A stretch of DNA of 29,018 nt from a virus (lineage: Duplodnaviria > Caudoviricetes), in IMG/VR virus record IMGVR_UViG_3300037069_001175, positions 1 to 29,018 of that record; one strand, written 5' to 3'. The notes beneath the pieces were generated by a model that was given only the letters and a program-made list of their open reading frames with translations, ran no database searches and had not been told where the DNA came from. Numbering within the stretch: the stretch's first letter is position 1; each line of letters starts with the position of its first letter. Below, piece by piece: positions 25,394-29,018 of this stretch. The position numbers and the translations under genes were made by a program.

Positions 25394-26137
25394 ATGAAAT
25401 TTGAATATCTAGGCGCACCACAGAAATCACCTGAGTGGTTCCAGGCTCGTCTCGGTAAGGTAACTGCTTCACGGCTATGCGATTGGCTAGCCGTGAGCAA
25501 GGCCAAGACTGGGGCCGGCAAGCCACTCAAGGCTCGGCTCGACTACGAGAAAGAACTGATGTTCGAACGACAGTTCGGCGTGAGCTTCAGTACCTACGTC
25601 ACCGACGCCATGCAAGAGGGTATCGACTTCGAAGACTTCGCCCGTAAGCAATACGAGAATACTACGGGTACTTCAGTGCGAGAGGTTGGCTGTTGGTACA
25701 ATGATGTTTTTGTTGCTAGCCCTGATGGATTGGTTACGGTTGAAAAAGCCCCTGATAAAGAGCGGCACAATCTATATATGGGTAAGCCATACGGGCTCGT
25801 TGAGATCAAGATTGTCAAAGACAATACCTTTACTGAAGTGTTGACCTCTGGCGTGCCGGATAAGCACCTTAAACAGATACAAGGCCAGCTATTCGCTACT
25901 GGTGCCCTGTGGTGCGATTACGTATGCTTAAACTTCAACACCAAGAAGTTCGCAGTAATCCGGGTCGAGCCCGACAAAGAGTTCTTCGATTATTTGGAGG
26001 AAGCATTAAAAGAAACCCTGGTGACGCAGCCATTCTCAGTGAGTAACCTGCACGACATTCAGGGTGAAATCCCGGCCGGCGTCGAAATGGGCGCACATAT
26101 CGACCGGAGTAATAGTAATTTAACAGGAGGCTGGTAA
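25394..26137 (+). CDS. YqaJ / lambda-exonuclease family protein
   Basis: QKSPEWFQARLGKVTAS, MQEGIDFE, ASPDG, VEIK and QIQGQL motifs; likely ATG at 25394. Confidence 0.92.
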   Translation: MKFEYLGAPQKSPEWFQARLGKVTASRLCDWLAVSKAKTGAGKPLKARLDYEKELMFERQFGVSFSTYVTDAMQEGIDFEDFARKQYENTTGTSVREVGCWYNDVFVASPDGLVTVEKAPDKERHNLYMGKPYGLVEIKIVKDNTFTEVLTSGVPDKHLKQIQGQLFATGALWCDYVCLNFNTKKFAVIRVEPDKEFFDYLEEALKETLVTQPFSVSNLHDIQGEIPAGVEMGAHIDRSNSNLTGGW

Positions 26138-26688
26138 TGGCTGACAAATTTCACGAACAAATTAAACAAAACGCACAAAAATTCACCTATCTGGTGATGG
26201 CGTACCCGGAGAAAACAGTACCGAAACTCATTAGCCTATTGCAAATGGGGCCAATCGACATCAACACCGCTATTTGGGCGGCTGTCGAACTCGGCTACAT
26301 CACTGAAATGGACCAAGAGGACCAGCACACACACCCAGCGTTTAAGGAGATAAAATGGGAGCTTGGCCCTCAGATTGAATATCTCCAAGATGCCCTGATC
26401 TATGCGTTTGAGAAATTAAACGCCCAAGAAAAAGACATGGAGGAAAACTACCTGTCTAACTGGCTTGGTGGTCACGCTTCGCACGACGCGCTTATTGCAG
26501 TAAAACTACTGCTCGAAGATGGTATTTTACACGAGTACCAGATCGAAGATGGCGAAAACAGCTATATCTTCTATACCCTTAAAGAAAATGAGGGCAAGAA
26601 CTGGGGACAGAAACAATTTAAGACCAACCCATTAACCGGTGAACCTAACGAGGTCGAGGCGCCAGACGCCCCTGAAACCACTGAATAG
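26137..26688 (+). CDS. Hypothetical protein, possibly tandem winged-helix
   Basis: AGGAGG SD; two helix-G-[YI]-[IL] wing-like segments (AAVELGYIT and LLLEDGILHE..YTL). Confidence 0.65.
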   Translation: MADKFHEQIKQNAQKFTYLVMAYPEKTVPKLISLLQMGPIDINTAIWAAVELGYITEMDQEDQHTHPAFKEIKWELGPQIEYLQDALIYAFEKLNAQEKDMEENYLSNWLGGHASHDALIAVKLLLEDGILHEYQIEDGENSYIFYTLKENEGKNWGQKQFKTNPLTGEPNEVEAPDAPETTE

Positions 26689-26701
26689 TAAAGGAGATAC
26701 T

Positions 26702-27490
26702 ATGACACAGGCACAACTTATTGAGCAGGACGGCGTACTAACCCCTCGCCCTGCGAGCAGCATAGAAATTCCAGAGATACAAGTAAGCACCAACTACGCT
26801 ATGTTTAAGCTGATGACAGGTAACCGACCAGTCGATTACACCCACGTCAAACGGCTTAAACGTAGCATGGAGGCTGACCCGCACCTTTTCCCAAGCAACC
26901 CTATTCAAGTGAATGAGCACATGTTTATTATCGACGGCCAGCACCGCCGGTTAGCAGCTCAAGAGCTTGGCCTACCCGTCTACTACATCGTTAGTCCGGG
27001 TGCGACGCTTGATGAAACTCGCGTACTAAACGTCACACAGCGCCGTTGGACACTGTTAGACTTTGCTAATAGCTTCGCGGCTAGTGGCAACGATGACTAT
27101 AAGACATTCCTAAAGTATGTGCACCGCCACTCAGATATTGCGCCTAGCATTATACGCACCTATCTAGCTGGCGGCCAGAAAAATGGCCTCGATATGGACT
27201 TCCGACGTGGTGAGTTCATTATCGAAAACGAACAAGAAGCTGACTGGGCGATCGTGCGCTTACAGGGAGTGATCGATAAGACGAATATTCAGATGAACGC
27301 ACCAATGGCTCATGCGTTACTACGACTATTCAAGGACGAAAATAACTTCGACTACGATCTGTTTATAAACAAGCTCGATCGAGAGGGCGCACGCGAGCTA
27401 TTACGGCCCGCACCGGCTATCCGGTCATGCCTACGCTCGATAGAAGACGTGTATAACTTCCAGAGCAAGTTCCAAAAGCGGCTATACTAA
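26702..27490 (+). CDS. ParB/Srx N-terminal domain protein (DGQHR)
   Basis: GNRPVD..HVKRL..PIQVN..IIDGQHR..AAQELGLPV; start corrected to ATG 26702 after AAAGGAG. Confidence 0.85.
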   Translation: MTQAQLIEQDGVLTPRPASSIEIPEIQVSTNYAMFKLMTGNRPVDYTHVKRLKRSMEADPHLFPSNPIQVNEHMFIIDGQHRRLAAQELGLPVYYIVSPGATLDETRVLNVTQRRWTLLDFANSFAASGNDDYKTFLKYVHRHSDIAPSIIRTYLAGGQKNGLDMDFRRGEFIIENEQEADWAIVRLQGVIDKTNIQMNAPMAHALLRLFKDENNFDYDLFINKLDREGARELLRPAPAIRSCLRSIEDVYNFQSKFQKRLY

Positions 27491-27595
27491 TAAATAAGGC
27501 TGGCGGCAACCCGTAGTGGTTCAAAAATACTAGATGTTAATGTATGAGCGCAAGCTCGGTCGCCGGTGTCAAGGTTGAGAGCCTTTATGGGAAAT

Positions 27596-27633
27596 AATCG
27601 TGGGGAGTGCGAGCAACCCACGATTTTTTCTTT
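27596..27633 (+). terminator. Rho-independent terminator of the rightward arm
   Basis: AATCGTGGG-N12-CCCACGATT followed by TTTTCTTT. Confidence 0.8.
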
Positions 27634-27639
27634 GCATAC

Positions 27640-27671
27640 AAAAAGCCCCGAACACAGGCAGTCGGGGCTTT
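27640..27671 (-). terminator. Rho-independent terminator of the lysis operon (possibly bidirectional)
   Basis: AAAGCCCCGA-N10-TCGGGGCTTT with a T-run on the minus strand. Confidence 0.8.
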
Positions 27672-27686
27672 AGTCGTATTATAACA

Positions 27687-27938
27687 CTAGCTATTTGAAT
27701 TTTTAGTACCAGTTGCACTAGCAACAGTGTGGACACCAGCAGCAGCTAACGCGTCAAGTATACCCTGAGCCACGCTAACAGACGCAAGGCCGAGCTGTGA
27801 AGCCAAGATTGCTACAAGCACTCCAACAACCACAGCGACGATCGTAGTGATCGCTCCGCTTACTTGTGGGAATACTGATTTGATCGCTGCGACGATCGCA
27901 ATGATGATTGCGCCGATGAATAAGTTAGTGTCTATCAT
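27687..27938 (-). CDS. Holin, 83 aa (start corrected to MIDTNLF)
   Basis: Two to three hydrophobic helices and a polar C-terminal tail; ATGA overlap with the endolysin stop. Confidence 0.8.
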   Translation of the reverse strand: MIDTNLFIGAIIIAIVAAIKSVFPQVSGAITTIVAVVVGVLVAILASQLGLASVSVAQGILDALAAAGVHTVASATGTKNSNS

Positions 27939-28717
27939 CTCTTTTTTCCTTGTAACCTTTCTATTATGTACATTATTGTGACCCAAATCACTTCGTACCA
28001 AGCCGCCTGCTTAACTGGTACAGGTGCCTCAGTAGTTGTGACCCCCGTGACTTGAGCTGTCGTAGTAGTAGTCGTTGGAGCCGTTGTCGTCGTTGTAGTC
28101 GTTGTAGTCGTTGTCGGCTCAAGTACAGGCGGTGCTGTAGTCGTAGTAGTTGTTGTTGTCGGTTGAGTGGTTGGAGTAGGTACGGGAACCGGAGTTGGCT
28201 GAGGGACTGATACTGGCGTCGCATTTGTGACATCTCCCCAATTCTGATTGGAAATCTTATTAGCAGCAATACTGTCTATCCGTGACAAGTCCCAGTTTCC
28301 TGGGCAAGTTGTCTGGACAAACTGCCTGTGAGGTACGAGTGGTAGGTTGCCATAGGCTGAACGTATGTCAGCTACCAACTCAGCGACGACATCATAATCT
28401 TCGTCACGGCAACGTGGGTCGCACTCGATAGAGATGCAGTATGGGTTGTCGCTCATTGTTGACCATGAGTTGTCACTAGGTGAAACGAGGCAGGCAACTT
28501 GCCTACCGGTACCAGTTGCGACGTAGTGTGCTGAAACGCCACTGTTAGGGTCGCATAAGTGAGCAACGATACCGTCGAACTGTGGGTTCTGTGCTGGGTC
28601 GCCCCACCAGTGAATAGCGATATTCTTGATCTGGCGGTCTACACCCCACACGGCACGAGTTTGAGAGCCTGGCGTGTAGTTCGGGCTGTTATCTTTAGTG
28701 ATATAGTCGTAAGCCAT
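27935..28717 (-). CDS. Endolysin: N-acetylmuramoyl-L-alanine amidase (Amidase_2) with a Thr/Pro stalk and a hydrophobic C-terminal helix
   Basis: IAIHWWG, VSAHY, ISIE and PHRQ..TTCPG Zn-amidase motifs. Confidence 0.9.
   Translation of the reverse strand: MAYDYITKDNSPNYTPGSQTRAVWGVDRQIKNIAIHWWGDPAQNPQFDGIVAHLCDPNSGVSAHYVATGTGRQVACLVSPSDNSWSTMSDNPYCISIECDPRCRDEDYDVVAELVADIRSAYGNLPLVPHRQFVQTTCPGNWDLSRIDSIAANKISNQNWGDVTNATPVSVPQPTPVPVPTPTTQPTTTTTTTTAPPVLEPTTTTTTTTTTTAPTTTTTTAQVTGVTTTEAPVPVKQAAWYEVIWVTIMYIIERLQGKKR
28035..28210 (-). repeat. Coding poly-Thr / Pro-Thr low-complexity repeat
   Basis: Runs of ACN codons encoding PTTTTTTTTAP-like units. Confidence 0.8.
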
Positions 28718-28746
28718 GTGTTCTTTTTTCTCCTATTTGTGAGCTC

Positions 28747-28755
28747 ATTATAACA
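28747..28755 (-). promoter_or_regulatory. Extended -10 promoter for the lysis genes
   Basis: TGTTATAAT about 30 nt upstream of the endolysin ATG, with SD AGGAG in between. Confidence 0.55.
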
Positions 28756-28757
28756 CA

Positions 28758-29018
28758 CTAGAAAAAAAACAAATTAGTTGGGGTCGCGTTGACAGTGTAG
28801 CTAATAACAATCCGCCCAGGCGCACCATTGCCACCAGGGGTGCCAGTACCAGCGGTGCCACCGCCACCGCCACCGCCACCAGGAGCGATACCATTACTAC
28901 CATAGCCAGTCCCGCCGTCAGCAGCACCGCCACCGTAGCCACCAGCGCCACCAGCAGGGCTACCAGTACCACCAGCGCCACCAGTAGCGTAGCCAGTTGG
29001 TATAGCATCTTGACCGTT
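28758..29018 (-). CDS. C-terminal part of a glycine-rich virion/tail-fibre-associated protein (5'-truncated by the window end)
   Basis: Open frame not in the track: NGQDAIPTGYATGGAGG..GGGGGGGG..GGNGAPGRIVISYTVNATPTNLFFF*, the typical Gly-rich domain ending G.v.I.Y. Confidence 0.8.
   Translation of the reverse strand, partial: NGQDAIPTGYATGGAGGTGSPAGGAGGYGGGAADGGTGYGSNGIAPGGGGGGGGTAGTGTPGGNGAPGRIVISYTVNATPTNLFFF

Larger units (their letters stand above)
1..29018. mobile_element. Tailed phage genome fragment (podovirus-like; capsid and TerL genes outside the window)
   Basis: Portal-, nozzle-, ejection-protein-, holin/amidase-, D5 helicase-, VRR-NUC-, Sak4- and YqaJ-like genes in two divergent arms; no host housekeeping genes; no tape measure or sheath gene seen. 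Confidence 0.95.

Noticed and set aside
23656-27490. Phage-plasmid lifestyle suggested by RHH, ParB and iterons
   Set aside because: There is no ParA or plasmid Rep, and the ATPase is Sak4-like within a recombination module
28748-29008. 86-aa hydrophobic ORF from the track as a holin or spanin
   Set aside because: It is a shifted-frame reading of the Gly-rich gene (GGT/GGC runs read as Val/Ala/Leu); the real frame is 29018-28758
1-29018. Stop-codon reassignment or tRNA genes
   Set aside because: Long genes are intact in code 11 with TAA, TAG and TGA all used as coupled stops; no cloverleaf with a T-loop was seen in the intergenic gaps

Overview
This window is a ~29 kb piece of a tailed dsDNA phage genome, most likely a podovirus. 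It has two divergent arms separated by a non-coding control region at ~17.9-18.66 kb. The leftward arm (- strand, 17904 to 11) encodes a Cro-like HTH, a primase-less D5/SF3 helicase, two paralogous membrane-anchored Cys/His proteins, a TerS-like protein with an internal duplication and a VRR-NUC nuclease. Virion genes follow in an unusual order: ejection proteins (one of 1669 aa with a C-terminal lytic transglycosylase), adaptor, nozzle, portal, scaffold, then an Acb2/Tad1-like gene. The rightward arm (+ strand, 18662-27490) starts with a T3 SAM-lyase-like gene, followed by many small early ORFs, an SF2/SNF2 helicase, an RHH regulator, a Sak4-like ATPase/SSB/YqaJ recombination module and a ParB-like protein. 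It ends at two terminator hairpins that face the lysis genes (holin, amidase) and the end of a Gly-rich virion protein. Major capsid protein, TerL, integrase, DNA polymerase, tRNA and CRISPR are not visible. The control region holds a mirror-symmetric TGTATACA iteron array (probable origin) and a GC-rich foldable element. Two further candidate structured RNAs lie at 13682-13754 and 27496-27585. The host is probably monoderm, possibly Saccharibacteria/CPR (inference only). All assignments come from motif recognition by eye; no searches were run.
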